Counted from the stretch's first letter, positions 47,923-58,914 are shown. The stretch: DNA of 64,000 nucleotides from Trichormus sp. ATA11-4-KO1 (GCA_019358915.1 JAHHIM010000020.1:16388-80387); one strand, 5' to 3'. The notes: generated by a model from the letters alone, not told the origin. Made by a program: numbers and translations.

Positions 47923-48205
47923 TCGCTGATCCATCAATTTAAACTGGGCACGCTACTAGTTTATTACTGGTTGGATGTGATGAGTTTTTTTTGCAAATGT
48001 TATTTGAAAAAAGTATGAAACGCTTGATCTTCATTTTTTTGGTAACTGCTTTGTGCATAATAGGTTACTTTGAATTTAACTTATCCCAGGCTGAACAAAT
48101 GTTTTGGCTCAATCTGAGTCTTTGATGTCCTCTGTTTTGGCTGGATTGTCATTAACTAGAAGCCAAAATAACCATATTTCTTGACTTCTGATGGCTGAAT
48201 TTTTG

Positions 48206-50356
48206 CTAGCTAATTTCTTTTTGCCATAAAATATCCGCAACTCTCATTACACCAGCTTTGAGATGACGACGATAGGTACTGAAAGGCAAATCTAGTAACT
48301 CAGCTGCTTGTTCTTGGGTAAGAGCGGGATTTAAATACGTTCGATAAATAGCTCGGTAGAATTTTTCATCACGTGGAGATGATTGTAAGGATTCAGCTGC
48401 TTGTTTTACCAACTGTTGTAAAGCCTTAACAAGTTTACTCAAACTTGCTTTTGTAGCAGCTTGTTCTTCCACTAAGCTTGAGTATACTTCGTGTACGCTA
48501 CGCGATCGCACTAATGGATTACGCTGCAAGACATCGGGACGATTAAAGCTACGTAGCACATTCTGCACTGCTTCTACAAATTCTGGCTGACTGAGAACTA
48601 AAAAAGATTCACTAACTGAATTGTTGTCTACAAGTTCTACGACAGCCCCAACCTCTTTTTGTGCCAAAATTTCTTGCCATGCAGTTGGCGATACAATTCG
48701 CCAGTCGTGTCCATAAACACCATAGTGTTTTCCCCCGACTGTAAAATCAGCTTCAGGAAGTCGTATCAAGTCAAAGTAGTCTAACATTGCTGCCCAAGTA
48801 TCTGTTTGAGCGCAAGGCAGGAAAGTGTATGCCAAACCCGATGTTTTCTGAAAATACTGTACAAAATTAACGAAAATCAGACTTTGCGTAGGAGAAACAA
48901 CTTGATAAGTATCCCGCGCCATCCAGAAGCGGAAGATAGTCGCGCCTTCGTTAGCGCGTAATGGTGCATGAGTTTGGAGATATTGCCAAGATGCAAGAGC
49001 GCCTGGATCTGCACTTAAATCTTCAACAGTTGCGGTGTGCAATGCCACCATCATCGCAAATCCCGCAGGTTCAGAGTGTGAGTCACGGAATACGACTACG
49101 TTCTGTGGTTGGATCTGCAACCAGTGATTTGCTATTTTTGCTGATTCTTCACCTTCGTATTGTGCCACCATCTTCAGCAATGCGGTTGTATCAGTTTCCC
49201 TTAGTGAGTCAGTTAATAAACTACTTTGCTCACCCCAGGTAAAACAAGATCGAATATCTGAGTTATCCCGATGCAAGAAAATGTAATCAAGTAACACTCG
49301 ATGCTTTTCTACTCCTTGGGTTTGTCCTAAGCGTTTAGTGTAGTATTGGCGCGCGCAGTGATGTAATTGATTGTAAAATTCAGGGTTACGCCAACGCAAA
49401 TCAGCAATTAAAACTTCTCGTGCTAAATCATGGGGAAATAAACCCCATTGTCCTGATTCGATGAAAGACAGTCCGCGCAACCACTCAAATAAATCGTGGA
49501 CATCAAGTGTCTCCTCTAAGGAGTGAACTTTACCAGCCAAAGTATTTTCAGGTTCAGCTAATATTTGATTTAGTGATACTTCGGTAGTCAGTCGTACTAC
49601 AGCACAAGCTTCTAAGGCCATCCGGTGTGCGGGTGTTGGCACTTCTTTTACAAATCTTTCTAACAATGTCTTGACAACATTGGGGGCAGATTCTGCTTGA
49701 AAAGAGGCTTCTTTTGCCTGGGCAAACACTTCAGCAACTAAAGATAATGCTAGAGGATGTCCGTGGGTAAAATCTAGAATCGCTTGGTGTTGCGTAGTGG
49801 GGATACCTCGTGCAGTGAGGTAAGTTTGGCTTTCTTCAGCAGAGAGGTTGACTAGGGGCAAAGTGTGCATCAAAGCTTGCCAACCTGCATCGCTGCTCCA
49901 AGGAGATGAGGGGGGATTGCGTCCAGCAATCACAATTAAAGTATTAACAGACAAGCAAGGTAAGAATACTTCCCGCAACCATTCATCTATTTGGGCAATA
50001 GCTTCGTAAGTATCAATAAAAATTACATTACGTTTTTGCCTATCAGCTAGTACATCTAAAAGAGAATCTGATTCTTTCAATTCCATCAACGAGTGCAACG
50101 TGCTGATAAAAGATTCTGATGTAGCTTCTATATTACGTGCTTCTACGTAAAAGGTAGGTATTTTTAAATTTTCGGAAACCCGCAAAAACTGCTGCATAAG
50201 GGTTGTCTTGCCTACACCTCCTAGGCCAAAGACTTGCAAAATGTGAAAAGGTAATTCTGGAGATGCGATCGCTTTTTGAAATAGCTCCAGTTCCCGTCCA
50301 CGTCCCACAAATCTGCGATTTCGTTCTGCACTTAGCCGTTCTAATAGAGATGTCAT
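48206..50356 (-). CDS. STAND-type P-loop ATPase with a C-terminal HTH (probable transcriptional regulator)
   Basis: FVGRGREL, Walker A GLGGVGKTT, Walker B IFIDTYE, GHPLAL, and C-terminal TQEQAAELLDLPFSTYRRHL. Confidence 0.8.
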   Translation of the reverse strand: MTSLLERLSAERNRRFVGRGRELELFQKAIASPELPFHILQVFGLGGVGKTTLMQQFLRVSENLKIPTFYVEARNIEATSESFISTLHSLMELKESDSLLDVLADRQKRNVIFIDTYEAIAQIDEWLREVFLPCLSVNTLIVIAGRNPPSSPWSSDAGWQALMHTLPLVNLSAEESQTYLTARGIPTTQHQAILDFTHGHPLALSLVAEVFAQAKEASFQAESAPNVVKTLLERFVKEVPTPAHRMALEACAVVRLTTEVSLNQILAEPENTLAGKVHSLEETLDVHDLFEWLRGLSFIESGQWGLFPHDLAREVLIADLRWRNPEFYNQLHHCARQYYTKRLGQTQGVEKHRVLLDYIFLHRDNSDIRSCFTWGEQSSLLTDSLRETDTTALLKMVAQYEGEESAKIANHWLQIQPQNVVVFRDSHSEPAGFAMMVALHTATVEDLSADPGALASWQYLQTHAPLRANEGATIFRFWMARDTYQVVSPTQSLIFVNFVQYFQKTSGLAYTFLPCAQTDTWAAMLDYFDLIRLPEADFTVGGKHYGVYGHDWRIVSPTAWQEILAQKEVGAVVELVDNNSVSESFLVLSQPEFVEAVQNVLRSFNRPDVLQRNPLVRSRSVHEVYSSLVEEQAATKASLSKLVKALQQLVKQAAESLQSSPRDEKFYRAIYRTYLNPALTQEQAAELLDLPFSTYRRHLKAGVMRVADILWQKEIS

Positions 50357-50584
50357 TGCATCCCTTCCTTAAATTTTACGTAGAATTACTGCTTTAAAGT
50401 ATGAAGGATGTTTCTTATTTTTGTAAAATATGCTTTGATAAATTTATAAATTTTACATAAAAACTTAAAAGCGTAATACTAGTGAGCTATTGCTAAGTAA
50501 CCTTGTTAGGCAGTATTAGTTTAACTCCGAGTTTTATTGCTCTGACTTCATTTCATTGTTCGACATGGAATTCATTGGTTTCAA

Positions 50585-50667
50585 TAGACTTATTGCAAAA
50601 GTGCTAATTTTACACTTTCTCTCTGCGCCTCTGCGTGAGGCAAATAAATATTTATGCAAGAGGTCTA
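50585..50667. repeat. Short MITE-like dispersed repeat
   Basis: Imperfect IR TAGACTTATTGCA/TGCAAGAGGTCTA around CTCTGCGCCTCTGCGTG. Confidence 0.5.
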
Positions 50668-50754
50668 ATGTTGAATTATTTTGCTTGCTTTAGTTGAAAG
50701 TCCAGTTGTTGAGGACAAAAGCCCCAACTTGGCTTTGCCCGCCGTTGGGGTGGT

Positions 50755-52308
50755 TCACTCATCTTCCAGTTGCAGCAATTGTTCATCAATGGTTTTTATC
50801 CGCCCACGCACAATTTCTTCTGAGAGAATTCGCTTACGCATGGCCTCGTTGAGCGCTCCTTTTTCAGCTAGGAGTAATCGGCGGCGGATGGCATCAAGTT
50901 TACCAATATCACCGCTTTTGGATTCAAACTCTTGAGGACGGCGATTATAGAATTCCCGTAGTGTCTTTTCTGCGGCGGCAATTCGCACTTGATAGGCTGA
51001 ACGCATTTCTTCATAGACAGCTTTCGGTAATACCCCAGATTTCAACAGGCTATCTAATTCATCCTGTGCTGCTTTACCTGTGATTAATTGGGCTTGCATT
51101 TCTTCTACTTGCTGACGAGATTTAGATAAGTGAGACAGATTTAAACGTTTTACCAACCACGGTAAACTCACACCCTGTCCCACCAAAGAGAGCAAAACTG
51201 TGCCAAAGACTATGGGAATAATTGTTTCTCGCCCTACAAGTCCAATGGGTAAGCTGAGTGCTAGCGCCATCGAAAGCGAGCCTTTAATATTACCAAGAGA
51301 CAAAACATGCTGCCAACGCCACGGTATGGAACGGTCAAACCAACCCACCATCGCTAAAAGTGGATAAACAGAAACTACGCGTCCCATTTGATAAGCGAGA
51401 ATTGCTAGTAATACCGCAGGTAGGGTATTCCAGAGAGTGAATAGGTCAACTTCTAGACCAATCAATAAAAAAATTAAGCTATTGACACCAAAACCAAGAG
51501 ATTCCCAAAAGGTCAGTAATGTCAAGCGAGTAGAAGCCGATACGTTCCCCGAAAGCCCATTAGTTCCCACTATTAAGCCAGCCACAACTACTGCCACTAC
51601 ACCGGAAACACCAAGTAATTGCCCAGCTTGAAAAGCACCCAATGCTACTGCCATTGTCAGTAAAATACTACTGAGTGGCTCATCTGACCTGACAAATAAA
51701 CCCGTACTCAAATAGCCAATAATTAGTCCTACCAAAGTACCGCCCACAATTACAACAAAAAATTCTTGGAATCCATCCAGAATTGTCAGTGAGCCAGCCG
51801 CATTAAATTTTAGAATTAGGCTAAATAGAACTAGCGCTACACCATCATTAAATAAACTTTCTCCCTCAACAATGGTAGAAAGTCGTGAAGGAACAGGCAC
51901 TTCCTTAAACACAGCAATTACGGAAACAGTATCGGTAATTGCTAAAATTACCCCAGCTAATAATGCCTGTATCCAACTTAGTCCCAACCCCCATTTCAAC
52001 AATACCGCCGTCACACTAGAAGAAATGACGACCCCTGGCCCTGCTAGTAGGGCTATTGGCTTAACGGTGCTACGGAGGCGGCTGATGTCCGTATTTATAG
52101 CTGCTTCAAATACCAGAATTGGTAAAAACAGATTCAAAATTAAAGAATCATTCAAACCAATACGGCGTGGTAACAGTTCAGTAATCGCTAATCCTGCCAG
52201 TACTAAACCTGCAACATAAGGAACCCGTAGCCTGCGAGATAGCAAAGCCACACCTGTAGCAACTAACAGAAGAATAATTGAAACCTTGACTAATTCGGTA
52301 ACATCCAC
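50755..52308 (-). CDS. Na+/H+ antiporter, CPA1 (NhaP-like)
   Basis: FLPILVFEAA, ITDTVSV and EGESLFNDG; many TM helices; hydrophilic C-terminal tail. Confidence 0.9.
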   Translation of the reverse strand: MDVTELVKVSIILLLVATGVALLSRRLRVPYVAGLVLAGLAITELLPRRIGLNDSLILNLFLPILVFEAAINTDISRLRSTVKPIALLAGPGVVISSSVTAVLLKWGLGLSWIQALLAGVILAITDTVSVIAVFKEVPVPSRLSTIVEGESLFNDGVALVLFSLILKFNAAGSLTILDGFQEFFVVIVGGTLVGLIIGYLSTGLFVRSDEPLSSILLTMAVALGAFQAGQLLGVSGVVAVVVAGLIVGTNGLSGNVSASTRLTLLTFWESLGFGVNSLIFLLIGLEVDLFTLWNTLPAVLLAILAYQMGRVVSVYPLLAMVGWFDRSIPWRWQHVLSLGNIKGSLSMALALSLPIGLVGRETIIPIVFGTVLLSLVGQGVSLPWLVKRLNLSHLSKSRQQVEEMQAQLITGKAAQDELDSLLKSGVLPKAVYEEMRSAYQVRIAAAEKTLREFYNRRPQEFESKSGDIGKLDAIRRRLLLAEKGALNEAMRKRILSEEIVRGRIKTIDEQLLQLEDE

Positions 52309-52504
52309 TGAGGTTTTGGCAAGTTATTTTGGTTTGCTGATAGATTCTTATCTTAAGGCGTGGGTTGACAAATGCGACTCTTACGCATCTGATCAAGTCC
52401 TGAGTCCATTCTTGATTCTTGACCAATTAACATGCCACATTAAACTGATGTCATCTGCAACAAATCAGATGATGTAAGTGCAAAAATATACCAAGATTTT
52501 ACTT

Positions 52505-54076
52505 ATGGTGTTTGAATCAGCAATTGGTGAAGAAATTATCACCACTAATCTCAAGCAATTTCTTTTAGTACTTTCGGTATCTTTAGGGGTGGCGACGTTA
52601 CCCCAAATATTTAGTTGGTTTCGTCATATTCCTTATACTTTACTGCTGGTGATTGTTGGCTTGGGGTTGGCGTTCGTTGATGTTCGCCTGGTAACCCTTT
52701 CTCCAGAGTTGATTTTGTTCATCTTTTTACCGCCGTTGTTATTTGAAGCTGCATGGAATCTAAAATGGTCAGATTTAAAGCGCAATTTTGTCACCATTTG
52801 TCTGTATGCGGTGTTGGGGGTGGTAATTTCCATTGCGGGGATCGCAATTGGTCTCAATCAACTAGCTGGTATATCTCTAACTACAGCTTTGCTCATTGGC
52901 GCTAGTTTATCTGCGACTGACCCTGTTTCTGTGACCGCTTTGTTCCGCGAACTAGGCGTGGGTAAAGGTCTGACTACCATGATGGAAGGCGAAAGCTTGT
53001 TTAATGATGGCATGGCAGTAGTGGCCTTTGGTTTTTTAGTAGCGCTGTCTTTGGGAAGTGCTCAATTGGCTTTCCAACCAGTTGTAGTGCAGTTATTTAC
53101 TGTTGTCGGTCTTGGTGTAGCGGTGGGAGGATTAATTGGCTTTGGTATCTCCTACCTCACCCAACGCTTTGACTTGCCAATGGTGGAACAGTCTTTAACT
53201 TTAGTTTCGGCTTACGGTACTTACTTAATTATCGAAGAATTGGGTGGTTCTGGAGTCATTGGGGTTGTCACCACAGGCTTAATTTTAGGGAACTTTGGCT
53301 CTCGCATCGGCATGAATCCCCGCACTAGGGTGATTGTTTCCGAGTTTTGGGAATTTTTGGCGTTTTTTGTCAACTCAATTGTATTTTTGCTGATTGGCGA
53401 CCAAATTCGCTTTGCTAGTTTGGGAGAAAACCTGCAAATTATTGCCGTCACAATCATAGCCATGATTTTGATGAGGGCAGTTGCTATTTACCTTCTGAGC
53501 AACTTGAGTGCTGTGATCACTAAATATACAATTCCTTTACCTGAACAAACCATATTATGGTGGGGTGGTGTGCGTGGTTCTGTTTCTATTGCCCTAGCAT
53601 TGAGTGTACCCATAGGATTACCAGAGCGCGAAAAAATCATTGCTACGGTGTTTGGAGTAGTTTTATTTACCCTACTGGTTCAAGGTTTGTCTATCAAACC
53701 TTTGTTGCAGAAGTTGGATCTTTTGGGTGATGCGCCTTTACGTCAGCGATATTCAGAACTAGTTACCCGTCATATTGCCCTAGAACGCGTGCTGCAATAT
53801 CTGCAAGCCGATAAACGTCCAGGTATTGACCCAGAGTTTTACCGTTACCAAGAGACCCTAATCAAAGGTGAGATTGAAAATCTCCAAATGAAAATTGATA
53901 AATTACAAAATGAGTATCCCAATCTTCGCAACTTTACAACTCAACAGTTCCGAGAAGAATTATTAGCAATTGAGGCAGATACCTATGCCGAATTTGTCAA
54001 GGCTGGTCGGTTAAATACAGAATTGGCTCCCATGCTTGATGATGTTTGGCAGCAGGGAAATGGTAAAGCAGGATAA
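52505..54076 (+). CDS. Na+/H+ antiporter, CPA1 (NhaP-like)
   Basis: FLPPLLFEAA, ATDPVSV, EGESLFNDG and GGVRG. ATG 52505 preferred to GTG 52478. Confidence 0.9.
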   Translation: MVFESAIGEEIITTNLKQFLLVLSVSLGVATLPQIFSWFRHIPYTLLLVIVGLGLAFVDVRLVTLSPELILFIFLPPLLFEAAWNLKWSDLKRNFVTICLYAVLGVVISIAGIAIGLNQLAGISLTTALLIGASLSATDPVSVTALFRELGVGKGLTTMMEGESLFNDGMAVVAFGFLVALSLGSAQLAFQPVVVQLFTVVGLGVAVGGLIGFGISYLTQRFDLPMVEQSLTLVSAYGTYLIIEELGGSGVIGVVTTGLILGNFGSRIGMNPRTRVIVSEFWEFLAFFVNSIVFLLIGDQIRFASLGENLQIIAVTIIAMILMRAVAIYLLSNLSAVITKYTIPLPEQTILWWGGVRGSVSIALALSVPIGLPEREKIIATVFGVVLFTLLVQGLSIKPLLQKLDLLGDAPLRQRYSELVTRHIALERVLQYLQADKRPGIDPEFYRYQETLIKGEIENLQMKIDKLQNEYPNLRNFTTQQFREELLAIEADTYAEFVKAGRLNTELAPMLDDVWQQGNGKAG

Positions 54077-54078
54077 AT

Positions 54079-55110
54079 TCAGGTGGTTGGCTGCTTCCAT
54101 TTATCAAGAATATCTCTAAAGACGAGTTCTTCTATCCAAGTTTTGGCAACTACTGCCAAAGGTAGCGCCATGAGTAATCCCAAGGCTCCAAAAAAGCTGG
54201 TGAAAAAGATTTGCGCCGTCAGGGTAAAAGCAGGTAAGAGCGCTACCTGTTTGGCCATGACTGTGGGAGTTAGCCAGTAGCTTTCTATGTTCTGAATGAC
54301 GACGTATAAAATCAAAACAGCGATCGCTTTCCAAGGTGTATCGAGAAAGGCGATCGCCATTGGTAAAATGACACTCAAGGTGGGGCCAATGTTGGGAATA
54401 AAGTTGAGTAGTCCTGCTAGTACTGCATGAGCCAACACTAACGGCACTTGTAAAATCCACAATCCCAACCCACTGAGAAAGCCAATAAATACCATTTCAA
54501 TCAACGCCCCAATTGTCCAGTTTCCCAAACCCTCCCCGCATCGAGTGAGAATTTCTTCTACCCGATGGCGATAAAATGAGGGAAAACACCGGACAAAGAC
54601 TCTCCGGTATGGTTGCGGATTAACTAGCAGCATTAAAGTTAAAACCAGCACTAGCAAAAATTCTAACGCCGCAGTCACTCCAGTAGAGAAGAAGGCGATC
54701 GCCTGGTTGAGAAGATTTTGAATTAAAGGTTGCAGTTGCCGGATCAATCCATTGATATCTGGAATATTCGGCATATACGGACCTATGATAGTTTCTTCTA
54801 ACCAATTTATACCTTGCTGAATCCTCGCCAGTCCCGTGGGAAACAGCATGACTAGTTCCTGAAACTGCTCGATAAAAGCTGGCACAATCAGCAAGAAACA
54901 AATAATTAACAGAGCAACCACAATACTCAAACTGAGCCACACCGCCCAAATCCGTTGCATCCCAGACCTCTGAAACCGCCGCACCAGTAAACTAATCGCT
55001 GTTGCCAGTACCACGGCTGTAAATAAAAGCAACAATAATTGGCGAATTTGCCAAAGGATGTAAAGTGAGACAACCAGCGCGAAAAATCCCAGCAATTGGC
55101 CAATGTTCAT
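54079..55110 (-). CDS. AI-2E family transporter
   Basis: LNFIPNIGP, QNIESYWLTP and GALGLLMALP; hydrophobic profile. Confidence 0.88.
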   Translation of the reverse strand: MNIGQLLGFFALVVSLYILWQIRQLLLLLFTAVVLATAISLLVRRFQRSGMQRIWAVWLSLSIVVALLIICFLLIVPAFIEQFQELVMLFPTGLARIQQGINWLEETIIGPYMPNIPDINGLIRQLQPLIQNLLNQAIAFFSTGVTAALEFLLVLVLTLMLLVNPQPYRRVFVRCFPSFYRHRVEEILTRCGEGLGNWTIGALIEMVFIGFLSGLGLWILQVPLVLAHAVLAGLLNFIPNIGPTLSVILPMAIAFLDTPWKAIAVLILYVVIQNIESYWLTPTVMAKQVALLPAFTLTAQIFFTSFFGALGLLMALPLAVVAKTWIEELVFRDILDKWKQPTT

Positions 55111-55245
55111 GATCTCTGCCTCACATTTTGCCTGCTTTGATCAATAAATCTCATAACATCGATGTTAGATGCAAACTTAGTCAGAATAAATTGATTGAAG
55201 GTAATATTGAAACCAACTTTTGGATTATTCCTTTTTATTACCAAT

Positions 55246-55550
55246 AGGACTTACGCAAGAACTCTCTGAAACCCTCTTGACTAAGTAGGTGGGTGGGAAA
55301 ATTTATCGCTAGGATAAGGCAGAAGGCAGAAGGCAGGAGGCAGAAGGGAAGAGGGTTTTAAGCTGATTCATTTTTCTTTACATAAGGGAAGAGGGTTTTA
55401 AGCTGATTCATTTTTCTTTACATAGTTGATTTTATTTGTGCCTACCTACTTATCTCTATTGCTACGCAACGCTAACGTGGTAAGCGTAGCTATGCCCGTC
55501 AGGGCTTTACGCTTTAGCAATACGTTTTTTCATTATTTTGCGTAAGTCCT
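55246..55550. repeat. Nested MITE-like/dispersed repeat complex
   Basis: Outer 13-bp perfect IR AGGACTTACGCAA (55246-55258 and 55538-55550); inner IR TAAGTAGGT (55282 and 55452); 4x AGGCAGR; 40-bp tandem duplication. Confidence 0.75.
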
Positions 55551-55853
55551 GACCAAGTACCAAAAAGGATACACCTAAAATCATATAATTCACAACAGAA
55601 AATCATGAAAAACTATATTAAAAGATAGAAGTTAAATGAATTATAAAAGTTTAATTTATTGATTTGAGAAATAATTGCAGAAAGCAAAGGGCTGTATTCC
55701 TGTTATTTCGTTCGCTATACTTGTTTGATAAATATTTTTAGCTTCTTTTAAAAGTGTTATTTTATCTAATTACAAACTTATCCCAATTCTCCATGAGGCT
55801 GCTGTTAACGAAGTCAGAAGTCAGAGAGAAGAAGGAATAATTTAGGATTCGGT

Positions 55854-56417
55854 ATGAAAAGTCAATTGTCCCGGATGGTTTGGCTTGTCAGCGTAACGAT
55901 GGCAGGCATTGCGTTTGTCTTAACTGGATGTGAACAGGCGGTTGAGTATTTGCCACCGTTGCCTAGAGTCCAGATTCCATCTAACAGGCCAGAACAGCCG
56001 CCACTCCCGCCCCAATCCGCGACAACTACCCAAATAGAGGTAGCAGTTCGACAACGCATTAATGAATTACGGCAAGAAAATGAGCTACAACCCTTACAGC
56101 ATAATGAAAAGCTAGCACAAGTAGCGCGTGACTACAGCCGACAAATGGCAGAACAAAACTTTTTCAGTCACACTGGTGCCGATGGTAGTACTCTACAAGA
56201 CAGAGTGAGTGCTGGCGGTATCATCTACTGGGTTGTAGGTGAAAATCTGTTTAAAAGTACAAACGTTCCGCAACCTGTAAAAGTAGCAGTTGATGGTTGG
56301 ATGAAAAGTCCCGGACATCGTGAGAATATTGTGCGTCCAGTTTTTACAGAAACGGGTGTAGGAGTTTGGCGAGTTGGCAACACTTACTACATAACACAGT
56401 TGTTCTTGCGGCGTTAA
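55854..56417 (+). CDS. CAP (SCP) domain lipoprotein
   Basis: Lipobox LTGC; INELR, FFSHTG, GENL, WMKSPGHRENI and GVG. Confidence 0.88.
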   Translation: MKSQLSRMVWLVSVTMAGIAFVLTGCEQAVEYLPPLPRVQIPSNRPEQPPLPPQSATTTQIEVAVRQRINELRQENELQPLQHNEKLAQVARDYSRQMAEQNFFSHTGADGSTLQDRVSAGGIIYWVVGENLFKSTNVPQPVKVAVDGWMKSPGHRENIVRPVFTETGVGVWRVGNTYYITQLFLRR

Positions 56418-56496
56418 AAATGGGAGGAAAGAATGATCAACTGTCAAAGGGCTAATAACCATATAAATCACCTAGTTAATCACAGCTTTTTCAGCG

Positions 56497-57045
56497 TTAA
56501 CCTAATAATTCATCCACTGCAATATTAAATCCTGCGAGTAGTACTTGAGTTCTCACTACTTCGCCAGAAATAAACACAAGTCGCTGATTTTTAGTAATTA
56601 CAATAATCCAGCTATTTTCTGGAAACACTAACCAAACTTCTTCACTTCCAAATTGCAAATATTCTTGAGATTTAGCAATCATATCCTCTGCTAAATCTGT
56701 AGGGGAAATAATTTCAGCTATCAGAGGAAAACTTTGGGGTAAAACCGCAGGTTCACCAAACTGCTGCATTAGTTCTGGTGTCAAATAAGCCACATCAGGA
56801 CGACGACCTCGTTGATTAGTCAGACAGGGTACTTCTGTATATACTTCCCCACCTTGTCCACTAGTTTCTTTGTAATTTCTCCAGTAAGTCGCTATGTTTG
56901 CCTGTATGCGACTGTGTTTCAATGTCACTTCTTCTTTTTCCAGTAATTCCCCATTTACCCATTCTGTACCTTCTGGTGGACTTTGTAGCCAATTTTCTAG
57001 GGAATAATCTGTTGATAAATTTTCTCGAACGTTACTGATAACCAT
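56497..57045 (-). CDS. Uma2 family endonuclease-fold protein
   Basis: EWVNGEL, RRPDVAY, AEIISP and EVWLVFP. Confidence 0.88.
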   Translation of the reverse strand: MVISNVRENLSTDYSLENWLQSPPEGTEWVNGELLEKEEVTLKHSRIQANIATYWRNYKETSGQGGEVYTEVPCLTNQRGRRPDVAYLTPELMQQFGEPAVLPQSFPLIAEIISPTDLAEDMIAKSQEYLQFGSEEVWLVFPENSWIIVITKNQRLVFISGEVVRTQVLLAGFNIAVDELLG

Positions 57046-57178
57046 AATTATCTATAATCATAAAAAGTATATTTTAATCATAAATTATCTTGAGGATGTC
57101 TATTTAATTTGGCAAAATATATATCTAGAGTTAGTATTAAGAATTTTAAATTTGAATTAAAGTATTTGTACATGGCTG

Positions 57179-57203
57179 TTAGGACGGGTTTTCCCCGTCC
57201 TAA
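57179..57203 (-). terminator. Putative intrinsic terminator of icd
   Basis: TTAGGACGGG-TTTTC-CCCGTCCTAA, a 10-bp stem 13 bp past the icd stop. Confidence 0.6.
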
Positions 57204-57216
57204 TAATTAACTAAAA

Positions 57217-58638
57217 TTAACCAAAATGTTGAATAATTGCGTCGGCAAATTCAGAACATTTTAATGGTTCTACTGGTGGTTCTAGCAACCGGGCTAAATC
57301 ATAGGTGACCTGACTATGAGCGATCGCCTTTCCTAAACCTTGCTTAATCAGGTCTGCGGCTTCTTGCCAACCCAGATATTCCAGCATCATCACACCAGAC
57401 AAAATCACTGAACCGGGATTAATCCGGTCTAGGCCGGCGTGTTTGGGTGCTGTGCCGTGGGTAGCTTCAAATATGGCACAGGCATCGCCAATATTTGCCC
57501 CTGGCCCCATTCCTAAACCACCAACAATAGCAGCCGCCGCATCAGATAAGTAATCGCCGTTTAAGTTCATTGTCGCCAGAATCGAATACTCATCGGGTCT
57601 GGTTTGAATTTGTTGGAAAATACTGTCAGCAATTCGGTCATTGACCATGATTTTTTCTTTCCATTGGCCATTACCGTGGCTTTCCCAAATTGAGTTAAGA
57701 ACTGTTTCCACTTCCTTGACAATTTGCGCTTTTTTCTCTTGAGTTAAGGAATCATAACCAGGGTCAATTTGTCTGGCGTTGTCTTCTGAAGAAATATCTG
57801 GATTTTTTTCCTTGTTACTTAAAATCCAAGATTCCCTTTCTGTAACGCATTCAGAGCGAAATTCACTGGTAGCTAATTCATAACCCCAATCACGAAAAGC
57901 GCCTTCGGTATATTTCATAATGTTGCCCTTATGCACCAAAGTCACTTGTTGTTTGTGTTTGGGTAGCAGCAAGGCATGTTTGATGGCGCGCCTGACTAAA
58001 CGCTGGGAACCAGTTTTGCTGATGGGTTTGATGCCAATACCCGCATCAAGGGGGATTTGTTTTTTCCCATGTTCTGGGGTCGCGGGGATGAGTTCTTCGT
58101 TGAGGATTTTAATCAAGCGATCGCCTATTTCACTTCCCTGTTTCCACTCAATACCCAAGTAAATATCTTCCGTATTTTCCCGATAAACAATCACATCCAG
58201 CTTTTCTGGATTTTTGTGGGGCGAGGGTGTACCTGGATAATAGCGGCAAGGACGTACACAAGCATAAAGGTCAAAAATTTGCCGTAGCGCCACATTTAAA
58301 GAACGAATTCCACCGCCGATGGGGGTAGTTAAAGGGCCTTTAATGGCTACACCATATTCTTGAATTGCCGTTAAGGTATCCTGAGGTAAATACTGATATG
58401 TGCCATATAAATCACAGGCTTCATCCCCAGCATAAACCTTAAACCAACTAATTTGACGCTGACCATTGTATGCCTTGGCGATCGCCGCATCTAACACTTT
58501 TTGGGTAGCAGGCCAAATATCAATACCTGTGCCATCGCCCCGAATAAAAGGGATAATTGGATTGTCAGGTACAATTGGCTCACCATTTTTAAAGGTGATT
58601 TTTGCTCCGGTTGTGGGGGGGATAATCTTGTCGTACAT
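57217..58638 (-). CDS. icd: NADP-dependent isocitrate dehydrogenase
   Basis: [41 protein letters not shown] and EATHGTAPK. Confidence 0.97.
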   Translation of the reverse strand: MYDKIIPPTTGAKITFKNGEPIVPDNPIIPFIRGDGTGIDIWPATQKVLDAAIAKAYNGQRQISWFKVYAGDEACDLYGTYQYLPQDTLTAIQEYGVAIKGPLTTPIGGGIRSLNVALRQIFDLYACVRPCRYYPGTPSPHKNPEKLDVIVYRENTEDIYLGIEWKQGSEIGDRLIKILNEELIPATPEHGKKQIPLDAGIGIKPISKTGSQRLVRRAIKHALLLPKHKQQVTLVHKGNIMKYTEGAFRDWGYELATSEFRSECVTERESWILSNKEKNPDISSEDNARQIDPGYDSLTQEKKAQIVKEVETVLNSIWESHGNGQWKEKIMVNDRIADSIFQQIQTRPDEYSILATMNLNGDYLSDAAAAIVGGLGMGPGANIGDACAIFEATHGTAPKHAGLDRINPGSVILSGVMMLEYLGWQEAADLIKQGLGKAIAHSQVTYDLARLLEPPVEPLKCSEFADAIIQHFG

Positions 58639-58914
58639 ACTTCAAACACTCCTGAACGTTACGCCGCCAGCTAGAAAATCTTTCTTTGACAAGCTTGCAG
58701 ATTTTGCTATGTCTTTTGTTCACCCAGACATGAGGCGCAGATTTTCCCCTGATTTCCCTTGTGCAGTATTTGGGGCTAAGCTATGGAATTCAGTGAAACC
58801 ATTGCAATTTTGTACGATCAAAAATAGTAAACTACTTTTCGCTATCAGTGCTTCACCCTGGAGAACAACCGATAGCCAATCGCTTTTTCACTGAACGCTA
58901 ACACGAGTAATGGC

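Noticed and set aside
48206..50356. Avs/NLR-type antiphage system
   Set aside because: No N-terminal effector or repeat sensor; the C-terminal HTH fits a transcriptional regulator better, and there is no defence-island context.
55317..55423. Direct repeats as a possible CRISPR array
   Set aside because: Only two abutting 40-bp copies with no spacer, and no cas genes in the window.
58466..58894. 142-aa plus-strand ORF and the other short antisense or nested ORFs in the track
   Set aside because: They are shadows of well-supported genes such as icd and the NRPSs, with no independent coding evidence.
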